NCBI RefSeq assembly: GCF_900187275.1
Contig: NZ_LT906458.1
Coordinates: forward strand, 1,770,001 to 1,802,000
DNA length: 32,000 nucleotides
From: Pasteurella multocida
GTDB taxonomy: Bacteria > Pseudomonadota > Gammaproteobacteria > Enterobacterales > Pasteurellaceae
Direction of reading: 5' to 3'
Both the position numbers and the translations under genes were made by a program. Shown piece by piece: positions 8,938 through 19,366 of this stretch; the first letter of the stretch is position 1; each line of letters begins with the position of its first letter. The notes beneath the pieces are model-generated. The model ran no database searches and was not told the origin of the DNA. It saw only the letters and a list, made by a program, of their open reading frames with translations.

Positions 8938-10678
8938 GCTGACCTCCGTGGCGGATATTTTCTAAATTTTTCTGTTGCGTAAACATCTCAGCATACATTC
9001 CCTGCTCAGCCATTAAGCTGTCATGATTGCCCTGCTCAACTAAACGTCCCGCTTGCAAAACATAAATCTGATCGGCTTTCACCGCATTGGCTAAACGATG
9101 CGAAATCATCACAAGGGTTTTCTCTGCTTTTAAACGTTGAATAAATTGTAGAATAATTTCTTCACTTTCCACATCAATGTTGCTGGTCGCTTCGTCAAAA
9201 ATATAGCAATCCGCATTGTGCAATAAAGCACGGGCAAGCGCGAGACGCTGAATTTGTCCGCCGGATAAATTGCTACCACGGCTTAATAACATCATATCTA
9301 GACCGCCGTTTTCACGCACGAAATTGGCAAGATTGACTTGTTCTAGCACCGCATAAATCTGCTCATCGGTTGCGCTTAAATTTGCCATTAGCATATTTTC
9401 ACGCAAGCTCCCTTTGAAAATATAAGAACTGTGGCTCACCAGTGAAACATGACGATAGAATGCATAACGATCAAGATCTTGAATGTCTTGTTGGTTAAAT
9501 AAAATCTTGCCTTGCTGCGCTTTGTGGAAGCCCATTAAAAGCGACACTAAAGTCGATTTACCACAACCACTTTTACCGACAAAAACCGTGAGTTTTTTCG
9601 GCTCAATTGTGAGCGTTAAACCATTAATCGCTTGTTTTTCAGCCTGATAGGCAAAGTGGAGATCTTGAATTTCCACACGCAATTGGTTTTCGACTGGAAA
9701 TGCCACTGCATTTGGATTGATTTCAACAGGGGTATCTAACAAAGTAAAAATCTTATCCGAAGCGGCTTTGCCATTCATTGCCACATGGAAAAATGAACCT
9801 AATAAGCGTAATGGAATGAAAAATTCGGAGGCGAGTAGAATAAATAAAATCACGCCAAAAATACTTAAACTGCCTGCTTGGTATTGTAAAAGGGCAGTCA
9901 AAATGCCGATAGCGGATCCACCGTATGCCAATAAATCCATGATTGACACTGAGTTGAGCTGCATGGTCAGCACTTTCATGGTGATAGTACGGAATTTCTC
10001 GGCTTCTTGATCCATTTGTTTGGCTTTGTAAGCATCATCTTGATAAATCTTCAAGGTAATTAAGCCCTGTAAATTATCCAAAAAGCTGCTACCAAGCCCG
10101 ACATAGATCGACCAATACTTATGTAATAAACGTTTAGCGATTTTATTGACCGCAATAATAGAAAAAGGAATCAGTGGTACACAGATCAAGAGAATCAGTG
10201 CAGTCGGTGCATTGAAAAAGACTAAAAACACAAAGAGAGAGAGCGGTGCCAGCAAGCTATAAAACAGTTGTGGCAAATAGCGCCCAAAATAGATTTCAAG
10301 CTGTTCCACACCTTCTGATGCCACTTGAATAATAGAAGAGGTGGATTGTTGATTCACTTGATTTAATGGCATCGACGCCAATTTTTGAAAAATCAAGGTA
10401 CGTAGTTTATGTTTTACATGCGTACTGGCTTGATAAGAGGCTTTCACAGCCATTTTGCCTGCCATGGCACGTACCGCAAGGGCGGCAACTAAATTGATAG
10501 CATAGCTAAACAAAGTGCCCAAGGTAAGTGTTTGTTCAAAGGCTTGTTCCAAACAAAGGGCAAAAATCACGGCACTGACAATACTAGCAATAAGCGCAAT
10601 CCAGTTCCAAAGCACTGTTTTTGCTACCCATTTTTTGCTATCGGTTACCGTGTTAATCAGTCGTTTATCGATCATCAT
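8930..10678 (-). CDS. ABC transporter permease/ATP-binding protein, CydD-like subunit of a heterodimeric exporter
   Basis: 582 aa. YFGRYLPQLFYSLLAPL and SEFFIPLRLLGSFFHVAMNGKAA align by eye with E. coli CydD (YYARYLPQM.., PEFFQPLRDLGTFYHAKAQAVGA). The NBD has Walker A GKSGCGKST, signature LSGGQIQR and Walker B IFDEATS. Confidence 0.85.
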   Translation of the reverse strand: MMIDKRLINTVTDSKKWVAKTVLWNWIALIASIVSAVIFALCLEQAFEQTLTLGTLFSYAINLVAALAVRAMAGKMAVKASYQASTHVKHKLRTLIFQKLASMPLNQVNQQSTSSIIQVASEGVEQLEIYFGRYLPQLFYSLLAPLSLFVFLVFFNAPTALILLICVPLIPFSIIAVNKIAKRLLHKYWSIYVGLGSSFLDNLQGLITLKIYQDDAYKAKQMDQEAEKFRTITMKVLTMQLNSVSIMDLLAYGGSAIGILTALLQYQAGSLSIFGVILFILLASEFFIPLRLLGSFFHVAMNGKAASDKIFTLLDTPVEINPNAVAFPVENQLRVEIQDLHFAYQAEKQAINGLTLTIEPKKLTVFVGKSGCGKSTLVSLLMGFHKAQQGKILFNQQDIQDLDRYAFYRHVSLVSHSSYIFKGSLRENMLMANLSATDEQIYAVLEQVNLANFVRENGGLDMMLLSRGSNLSGGQIQRLALARALLHNADCYIFDEATSNIDVESEEIILQFIQRLKAEKTLVMISHRLANAVKADQIYVLQAGRLVEQGNHDSLMAEQGMYAEMFTQQKNLENIRHGGQHA

Positions 10679-10802
10679 AAAAGGGTCATCCTTTAAAAAA
10701 CATATCTAACTATCAAGTGCGATAGTTTAACACAAATGAGAATAAGATTTATTAAAGTATCAACGGAAAATTATAAATTCCGTAGCGACAAAGAAACCCT
10801 AG

Positions 10803-11663
10803 CTATTCCTTCGCGGTAAATTTTGGCATCATACTGGCCATTACCGTAGAAGATACGATGATAAAAATGCCTAGCCAAGACACAAGCGAAATCATTTCAC
10901 CTAATAATAAAATCGCTAGACCTACGCCAAATATAGGCTCAAGTGCGGTCAATAACCCAGTAAAGTTGGTATGGGTGGCATTCAGTCCTTTATTCCATAA
11001 CCAATAAGCAATCCAACTGCAAAAAATAGCCAGATAAAGTAATCCTGCTACACCTTGCCAGTTCCAATTGACAGTCCAATTTTGAGTTAATAACGCAGTG
11101 AAAGGTAAACAGGTGATCGCCCCTAACACCACAGAAATCGCAGTATAAGCAGAGGCGGTGATCTGATTAATCATGGTTTTTGTCCAACGTAAGCAAACAG
11201 AAAATAAAATCCCTGCAAATAATACTAAAAGACAACCAAGGACTGTGATTTCGCCTTCGTGGCCTCCACCAGCAATTAAAATTGCGACACCAATAAATGC
11301 TAATGTACCAAATAACCAGTGATACCAACTGGCTTTATCTTTAAAGAAAAAATGCCCCACAAAAACAATCAATAAAGGTTCTAAACCAATAATAGTGGCA
11401 GCACTTGCCGCGGACGTATAATGAAGTCCAACAAACTGTAATAAAAATACTGCAGGATAATTAAAAAAGCCGAGCCACCATAATTGTGGACGTAACCTCT
11501 TATCCACTTTTTTCCAATGACGTAAAAAGAGTGGAAAAACAAGTAACGCAATTATCATTAATCGAGTTTGAACGGTTAATACTGGATCGAGCATTGTAAA
11601 AGCATATTTCCCAGCAACAAAAGAACTTGCCCAAATAAAGAGTGCAATAATTTGGTATATCAT
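10803..11663 (-). CDS. EamA/DMT superfamily transporter
   Basis: 286 aa with 10 hydrophobic helices in two 5-TM halves. The N-terminus (IWASSFVAGKYA) is typical of the family. Confidence 0.8.
   Translation of the reverse strand: MIYQIIALFIWASSFVAGKYAFTMLDPVLTVQTRLMIIALLVFPLFLRHWKKVDKRLRPQLWWLGFFNYPAVFLLQFVGLHYTSAASAATIIGLEPLLIVFVGHFFFKDKASWYHWLFGTLAFIGVAILIAGGGHEGEITVLGCLLVLFAGILFSVCLRWTKTMINQITASAYTAISVVLGAITCLPFTALLTQNWTVNWNWQGVAGLLYLAIFCSWIAYWLWNKGLNATHTNFTGLLTALEPIFGVGLAILLLGEMISLVSWLGIFIIVSSTVMASMMPKFTAKE
10941..10949 (+). repeat. uptake signal sequence (USS) core 9-mer
   Basis: AAGTGCGGT, inside the EamA-family gene. Confidence 0.85.
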
Positions 11664-11678
11664 GGATTTATAAAGAAA

Positions 11679-11687
11679 AAGTGCGGT
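11679..11687 (+). repeat. uptake signal sequence (USS) core 9-mer
   Basis: AAGTGCGGT, left arm of the gyrB terminator. Confidence 0.85.
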
Positions 11688-11706
11688 TAAAATGAACTTT
11701 ATTTTA

Positions 11707-11715
11707 ACCGCACTT
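11707..11715 (-). repeat. uptake signal sequence (USS) core 9-mer
   Basis: ACCGCACTT, right arm of the gyrB terminator. Confidence 0.85.
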
Positions 11716-11741
11716 GATGAAATGAAAAGCAGATTTTTTGT

Positions 11742-14261
<2,520 letters not shown>

Positions 14262-14466
14262 CTAACTAAAACGGTTTTAAGTGCCTTCCACTACGTAATT
14301 TTGAGTCCGAAAAAGTAACGCAAAACAGATGATTTTCTCCACTTAATAAAATTTATAACAATTTTTATACAATTTTATTACATTTCAGTTGATTTATTAT
14401 TTATATCCTATATATTTCATATTTAATAAATAACATATAAAAAGATAAAATATAAAGGAGAAAATA

Positions 14467-15816
14467 ATGCGTAAATCCAATTATATTAATCAAAGTAAGC
14501 GCCAATTTCTGCGTACGGGTGCAGCCAGTATTGCAGCTGGGGCAATTGGTACATCTGGTTTTTTCTTACCTAAAACAGCAACTGCCTCATTACCTAAAAT
14601 CCGTTCTTCAGCAAAAATTGTGATTGCTGGTGCCGGGGCGGCTGGTCTTACAATTGCTTCTCAACTCGCTGCGCGGCTTGAACCAAGTGCACAAATTATT
14701 TTAATTGACTCAAGAATCGCGCATTATTACCAACCCGGGTTTACGCTCGTGGCCGCTGGCATTAAACCTAAACACTATGTTGTTTCACAAACTGAGGAAT
14801 ATTTACCTGACAATGTGAAATGGATTAAAGCCGCTGTAAATGAATTTGATCCCGATAGCAATCGCCTGACGACATCAACGGGTGAGCACATCACTTACGA
14901 TTATTTATTTGTTGCAACAGGTCTAAAACTTGATTATGACGCTATTGAAGGCATGGATGTTAACTTGATAGGGCAAAATGGCTTAGGCAGCATTTATCAC
15001 AGCCCAGACAGTGCTTATAAAACATGGCAATTGCTTGATCAATTTGCCAACAAAGGCGGAGATGCGGTCTTCTTACGCCCTGCAACAGAAATGAAATGTG
15101 CAGGTGCACCTTTAAAATATACCTTTATCGTGCGTGATTATTTGCTCAGACGCCATACCTTAGATAAATCAAGATTATTTTATAACGCACATAATAAAAC
15201 CTTATTTAGCGTGCCTATCGTTGATGCAAAAGTCAAAATGCTGTTTGCTGAAAAAAATATCCAAGTCAATTACGATCGTAGCCTTACAGCCATTGATCTG
15301 AGTAAACGTATTGCGACCTTTAATAGCCCAGAAGGAGTTGTAGAAGTCCCTTATGATTTTATTAATGTGGTACCTCCAATGCGAGCACCTGATGCCGTTC
15401 GTCAATCAGCACTCGCGTGGCAAGAAGGAAAATGGGCTAACGATGGTTGGGTTGAAGTAGAAAAACATACCTTGCGTCACCGTCGTTATGCCAATGTGTT
15501 TGCTGTGGGTGATGTGGCAGGGGTCCCAAAAGGCAAAACGGCTGCCAGTGTCAAATGGCAAGTTCCTGTTGCAGTGGCACATTTACTCGCAGAATTAGAG
15601 GGCAAACCTTGTGATGAAATTTACAACGGTTATACATCTTGTCCATTAATTACTCAATTAGGAAAGGGGATGCTAGTAGAATTTGATTATAACAACCACT
15701 TAACACCTTCTTTCCCCGGTGTAATAGCGCCATTAGAAGAACTGTGGGCAACATGGGCAATTAAAACATTAGGTTTAAAACCCACTTATTTAGGTATGTT
15801 ACGTGGATTAGCTTAA
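14467..15816 (+). CDS. sqr: sulfide:quinone oxidoreductase, type II (SQOR-like) flavoprotein with Tat-type leader
   Basis: 449 aa. The N-terminus has SKRQFLRTGAASIAAGAIGTSGFFLPKTATA, a twin-arginine-like motif with KR, then a hydrophobic region and an A-x-A site. It also has the FAD fold IVIAGAGAAG, plus HYYQPGFTLVAAG and two Cys contexts, MKCAGAPLK and GYTSCPLITQ..LVEFDY. These match what I recall of type II/human-type SQR catalytic cysteines. An AAGGAG RBS is present. Confidence 0.75.
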   Translation: MRKSNYINQSKRQFLRTGAASIAAGAIGTSGFFLPKTATASLPKIRSSAKIVIAGAGAAGLTIASQLAARLEPSAQIILIDSRIAHYYQPGFTLVAAGIKPKHYVVSQTEEYLPDNVKWIKAAVNEFDPDSNRLTTSTGEHITYDYLFVATGLKLDYDAIEGMDVNLIGQNGLGSIYHSPDSAYKTWQLLDQFANKGGDAVFLRPATEMKCAGAPLKYTFIVRDYLLRRHTLDKSRLFYNAHNKTLFSVPIVDAKVKMLFAEKNIQVNYDRSLTAIDLSKRIATFNSPEGVVEVPYDFINVVPPMRAPDAVRQSALAWQEGKWANDGWVEVEKHTLRHRRYANVFAVGDVAGVPKGKTAASVKWQVPVAVAHLLAELEGKPCDEIYNGYTSCPLITQLGKGMLVEFDYNNHLTPSFPGVIAPLEELWATWAIKTLGLKPTYLGMLRGLA

Positions 15817-15828
15817 GGAGCGTTAACA

Positions 15829-16191
15829 ATGAAAGAATTTCAATTTGACACTTTATGGGCTGTGATGCAAATCATGCTAGGGGCATTTTTCTGGCCTGCC
15901 TTAATCGTCATAATTTTAACAATCACGGCTTTTTGTTATTTATTAGTCAAAGAAAAGGGGCTTGTTGCTTGTCGTTTAAAAGGCAGTAGTCTTGTCGGAT
16001 TATTAGGTGGCATACTTGCTTTATATCTTTTGTTTTCAATTTCACAAGCATCAATTAGCGACATAGGCGGACCAATCGATCTGATTCTTGTAGTTTTAGC
16101 CTATTTTGGTGGTTTCTTAGCAAGCACAATGCTACTTTATAGTATTATGGGCTTTGTCAAACCAAGAAGTTGTGCTTGTCAAAAAAATTAA
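15829..16191 (+). CDS. small integral membrane protein of unknown function within the sulfide-oxidation operon
   Basis: 120 aa. An AAGGAG SD lies 8 nt upstream, 12 nt after the sqr stop. There are three to four hydrophobic segments (aa ~10-40, 53-71, 82-108) and a C-terminal Cys-Ala-Cys. I recognise no family. Confidence 0.6.
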   Translation: MKEFQFDTLWAVMQIMLGAFFWPALIVIILTITAFCYLLVKEKGLVACRLKGSSLVGLLGGILALYLLFSISQASISDIGGPIDLILVVLAYFGGFLASTMLLYSIMGFVKPRSCACQKN

Positions 16192-16207
16192 CTTAATGGA
16201 AAGTATC

Positions 16208-17086
16208 ATGAAAATTGCGATACCTGAAATCAAAGCATTTTTTGATGAACCAACGAATACATACAGTTATGTTGTTCACGATCCTGATACGCAAGCTTGT
16301 GCCATTATTGATTCTGTTTTGGATTTAGATTATGCGGCAGGAAAAATCAGCACCGTATCTGCAGATGCCATTATTGCGTATATTCAACAACAGCAATTGA
16401 CTGTTGAGTGGATTTTAGAAACGCATGTGCATGCCGATCATTTATCCGCAGCGCCTTATTTGCAAGAAAAATTAGGTGGAAAAACAGGTATTGGTCAACA
16501 TATCACAACTGTACAAAATGTATTTGGTAAGGCATTTAATGCCGGTACGGAATTTGCCCGTGATGGTAGTCAATTTAATCGCTTGTTTCATGATGGAGAT
16601 GAATTCACTCTCGGTCGCCTTCCTGTTAAAGTCATTCATACCCCAGGACATACTCCAGCTTGTGTCAGTTATTTAATTGGAGATGCCGTTTTCGTAGGGG
16701 ATACTTTATTCATGCCAGATTATGGGACTGCACGTTGTGATTTTCCTGGCGGGGATGCCAATGTGTTATATCAATCTGTACAAAAATTACTTGCTTTACC
16801 TGAAGAAACACGGATGTTCTTATGCCACGATTATTTACCTAAACATCGTCAAGAATATTGCTATGAAACCACTGTTAAAGCACAGAAAGAACAAAATATT
16901 CATATTCACCACGGGGTTAAGCAAGCAGAATTTGTTCAAATGCGCCAATCGCGTGATGCGACATTATCTATGCCGAAATTGATCATTCCTTCGGTACAAG
17001 TCAATATGCGAGCAGGACATTTACCGCCAGCAGAAGAAAATGGGCAAGTCTATTTAAAAGTGCCGATTAATTTATTTAAATCATAA
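16208..17086 (+). CDS. MBL-fold metallo-hydrolase, persulfide dioxygenase (type II PDO / Blh-like)
   Basis: The ORF is open from 16154, but that extension overlaps the preceding gene. I prefer the ATG at 16208 (MKIAIPEIKAFFDE...). The metal motif is ETHVHADH, followed by HTPGHTPACVSY..GDTLFMPDYGTARCDFPGG and CHDY. Its position next to sqr and a rhodanese supports the PDO call. Confidence 0.75.
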   Translation: MKIAIPEIKAFFDEPTNTYSYVVHDPDTQACAIIDSVLDLDYAAGKISTVSADAIIAYIQQQQLTVEWILETHVHADHLSAAPYLQEKLGGKTGIGQHITTVQNVFGKAFNAGTEFARDGSQFNRLFHDGDEFTLGRLPVKVIHTPGHTPACVSYLIGDAVFVGDTLFMPDYGTARCDFPGGDANVLYQSVQKLLALPEETRMFLCHDYLPKHRQEYCYETTVKAQKEQNIHIHHGVKQAEFVQMRQSRDATLSMPKLIIPSVQVNMRAGHLPPAEENGQVYLKVPINLFKS

Positions 17087-17104
17087 TTTACAGGGGAAAG
17101 CGCT

Positions 17105-17629
17105 ATGACAATTCAAACCATCTGTGTCAATGATGTATGTGAAAAACTGAAGCAAGGGGCAATTTTAGTTGATATTCGTCAACCTGATGAATATTTAAGA
17201 GAAAATATTGAAGGGGCAGAACTACAACCACTTGCACAGCTTGAAAAAGAGGGGTTACAAGGCAATGCTGTGAGTGCAAATGTTATTATTTTTCATTGCC
17301 GTTCTGGTCGCCGCACACAGCAAGCCAGTGAATTATTAACCGCGATTTCTGTTGGTAAAGAAGCGTTTATTTTGGAAGGTGGATTAGACGGTTGGAAAGC
17401 CAATCATCAACCTACTCGCTTAAATCGTTCTCAACCTTTAGAAATGATGCGTCAAGTCCAAATTGCCGCGGGAAGTTTAACCTTAATTGGTGCGCTTTTA
17501 GGTTGGTTAGTTTCACCTGCATTCTATGGTTTATGTGCATTTGTTGGTGCGGGATTATTACTCGCGGGTGCGACGGGATTCTGTGGTATGGCTCGTTTAC
17601 TTGCTCTCATGCCTTGGAATCGTCAATAA
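17105..17629 (+). CDS. ygaP: YgaP-like membrane-anchored rhodanese (thiosulfate sulfurtransferase) with C-terminal DUF2892-type membrane hairpin
   Basis: 174 aa, the same length as E. coli YgaP. It has the rhodanese active-site loop HCRSGRRT and a C-terminal pair of hydrophobic helices (IAAGSLTLIGALLGWL, GLCAFVGAGLLLAGATGFCGM). Confidence 0.8.
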   Translation: MTIQTICVNDVCEKLKQGAILVDIRQPDEYLRENIEGAELQPLAQLEKEGLQGNAVSANVIIFHCRSGRRTQQASELLTAISVGKEAFILEGGLDGWKANHQPTRLNRSQPLEMMRQVQIAAGSLTLIGALLGWLVSPAFYGLCAFVGAGLLLAGATGFCGMARLLALMPWNRQ

Positions 17630-17639
17630 CCAACTTGCT

Positions 17640-17674
17640 GGAAGTAGAAAGCAATATTTTCTACTTCCTTTCTT
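17640..17674 (+). terminator. rho-independent terminator ending the sqr-ygaP operon
   Basis: GGAAGTAGAAA (17640-17650) pairs with TTTCTACTTCC (17658-17668), an 11-bp stem with a 7-nt loop, followed by TTTCTT. Confidence 0.8.
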
Positions 17675-17934
17675 GTCCTATAATGAAAATGAGCCTTTCT
17701 TTTTATGCTGCCTAAATAAGCGATTTAATCAAAAAATAGGCAAATCAACAAAAATGACATATCATACCTGTCTGAATGCGTTTAAGTACATAAGTCAATT
17801 TTAGATAACATTTACTATTTAATTGGTTTTTATAAATTTTCTTATTCTTAATTAAATTATTACTTTTTATTTTACATTTTTAATTAAATATAAATAAAAA
17901 TTTATTTAAAATAAATATCTGTTGGGAAAAAATA

Positions 17935-18222
17935 ATGGAAGAAATATTTTCAAAATGTGATGAAGCAACGAAATTTTTAAAATCTTTTTCAAATCAAAAT
18001 CGATTAATTATTTTATGTTGTATTTTAGATCAAAAACGCAATGTAACTGAAATTACACAACTTACAGGCTTACCACAAGCCTCTGTTTCCAATCAACTTG
18101 CTTTATTACGAGAAAATAAACTGATTGATTGTGAAAAACGCCATCGTGAAAGATTATATTATATTGCCGATCCAAGAGTGCTTGAAATTATGCAACTCTT
18201 ACATAAATTCTTCTGTCAATAA
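17935..18222 (+). CDS. ArsR/SmtB family transcriptional repressor, YgaV/BigR/SqrR-like (probable persulfide sensor)
   Basis: 95 aa. The wHTH region reads FLKSFSNQNRLIILCCIL...VTEITQLTGLPQASVSNQLALLRENKLI..EKRHRERLYYI. Cysteines sit in the LIILCC helix and near the C-terminus (FFCQ). This mirrors E. coli YgaV (LLILCML ... YCP) as I recall it. Confidence 0.75.
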   Translation: MEEIFSKCDEATKFLKSFSNQNRLIILCCILDQKRNVTEITQLTGLPQASVSNQLALLRENKLIDCEKRHRERLYYIADPRVLEIMQLLHKFFCQ

Positions 18223-18242
18223 AATAAATAATAAAAATAACT

Positions 18243-18287
18243 TTTTTGCACCTTAAAAATAATCTCTTTTGAATTAAGGTGCAAAAA
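18243..18287. terminator. bidirectional terminator between the arsR-like gene and glpX
   Basis: TTTTTGCACCTTAA (18243-18256) pairs with TTAAGGTGCAAAAA (18274-18287), a 14-bp stem. Confidence 0.8.
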
Positions 18288-18302
18288 TGGGTTTCTTTCT
18301 TA

Positions 18303-19316
18303 TTAAGCACCAATAATACGATAAAGTGCGGTATCTTTTCTATCCAAATAATGTACTGATTGGATGCGACGAATGGTGCGAGAACGACCACGAATAAGTA
18401 GTGTTTCCGTCGTAGCAAGATTGCCTTTACGGTGAATCCCTTTCAACAAATCCCCGTTAGTAATACCAGTGGCAGAAAAGACTAAATTATCATCACGTAC
18501 CAGATCTTCTAGTTTTAATACTTGATTAACTTCAATGCCCATTTCTTGGCAACGACGAATTTCCTCTGCAGCAAGTGCTTGATTTTCAGGTGTATCTCCT
18601 TTTACGTGATCACGTGGTAATAAACGGGCTTGCATATCGCCACCTAAAGCACGCACAGCCGCCGCCGCAATGACGCCTTCAGGCGCACCACCAATACCGT
18701 ATAGCATGTCTACCCCACCATCTGGTAAACAACACAATATCGAGGCTGCTACATCACCATCTGGTATAGCCAATACTTTCACACCTAATTGTTGCATTCT
18801 TTTGATCATCTCATGATGACGGGGTTTATCTAAAGTAATCACTGTAAGTTGAGAAAGTAATTTCCCCATTTTTGATGCCACTCGACGTAAATTTTGTTCT
18901 AGTGGTAAATTGAGATCCACCATGCCTTTGACTTCAGGACCCACCACTAATTTTTCCATATACATATCAGGTGCTTTTAAAAAGGTTTCTTTCCCACCGG
19001 CAGCTAAAACAGATAAGGCATTTGCCTGCCCCATGGCAGTCATTCTTGTGCCTTCAATAGGATCAACTGCAATAGAAATTTGTTCACCTTTACCATTTCC
19101 CACTTTTTCACCGATATAAAGCATAGGCGCTTCATCAATTTCACCTTCACCAATCACGACTTCAGCATCCATTTCAACTTGATTTAACATCAAACGCATG
19201 GCTTGTACTGCAGCATTATCCGCGGCTTCTTTATCGCCACGACCTAACCATGCAAAACCTGCAAGGGCGGCAGCTTCAGTGACTCTTGAAAATTCAATCG
19301 CTAATGCTCTATTCAT
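18303..19316 (-). CDS. glpX: class II fructose-1,6-bisphosphatase
   Basis: 337 aa. ALAIEFSRVTEAAALA...WLGRGDKEAADNAAV.AMR...EGEIDEAPMLYIGEKVG...AVDPIEGT...GGAPEGV is classic GlpX. An AAGGA SD is present. Confidence 0.97.
   Translation of the reverse strand: MNRALAIEFSRVTEAAALAGFAWLGRGDKEAADNAAVQAMRLMLNQVEMDAEVVIGEGEIDEAPMLYIGEKVGNGKGEQISIAVDPIEGTRMTAMGQANALSVLAAGGKETFLKAPDMYMEKLVVGPEVKGMVDLNLPLEQNLRRVASKMGKLLSQLTVITLDKPRHHEMIKRMQQLGVKVLAIPDGDVAASILCCLPDGGVDMLYGIGGAPEGVIAAAAVRALGGDMQARLLPRDHVKGDTPENQALAAEEIRRCQEMGIEVNQVLKLEDLVRDDNLVFSATGITNGDLLKGIHRKGNLATTETLLIRGRSRTIRRIQSVHYLDRKDTALYRIIGA
18324..18332 (+). repeat. uptake signal sequence (USS) core 9-mer
   Basis: AAGTGCGGT, inside the glpX 3' end. 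Confidence 0.85.
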
Positions 19317-19366
19317 TTTATTATCCTTTGGGTTGATTGATGAAAATTCAGCGTTATTTTAGCACC

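Larger units (their letters stand above)
11679..11715 (-). terminator. gyrB terminator formed by an inverted USS pair
   Basis: AAGTGCGGTTAAAAT (11679-11693) pairs with ATTTTAACCGCACTT (11701-11715), a 15-bp stem. It lies 27 nt downstream of the gyrB stop. Confidence 0.8.

Noticed and set aside
10679-10695. Mini-uORF ATGACCCTTTTATGA overlapping the start of the CydD-like gene
   Set aside because: It has four codons, and the only SD-like element (AAGGA) abuts its ATG with zero spacing. It is most likely coincidental.
10763-10783. Hairpin ACGGAA-N9-TTCCGT downstream of the EamA-family gene considered as a terminator
   Set aside because: The stem is only 6 bp and no T-run follows on the relevant (minus) strand. 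This is too weak to call.
16154-16207. 5' extension of the persulfide dioxygenase ORF
   Set aside because: It would overlap the last 38 nt of the preceding membrane-protein gene. The conserved MBL N-terminus begins at MKIAIPEIK (16208). An alternative ATG at 16196 cannot be excluded.
17392-17804. Overlapping plus-strand ORFs of 107 aa and 92 aa at the ygaP 3' end and downstream spacer
   Set aside because: They are alternative frames of ygaP that run through a strong terminator hairpin into AT-rich spacer. They have no RBS, and their Cys/Trp-rich content looks like junk.
18188-18418. 76-aa minus-strand ORF spanning the arsR-glpX spacer
   Set aside because: It overlaps the glpX 3' end in another frame and crosses the bidirectional terminator. 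It is AT-rich-driven with no RBS.
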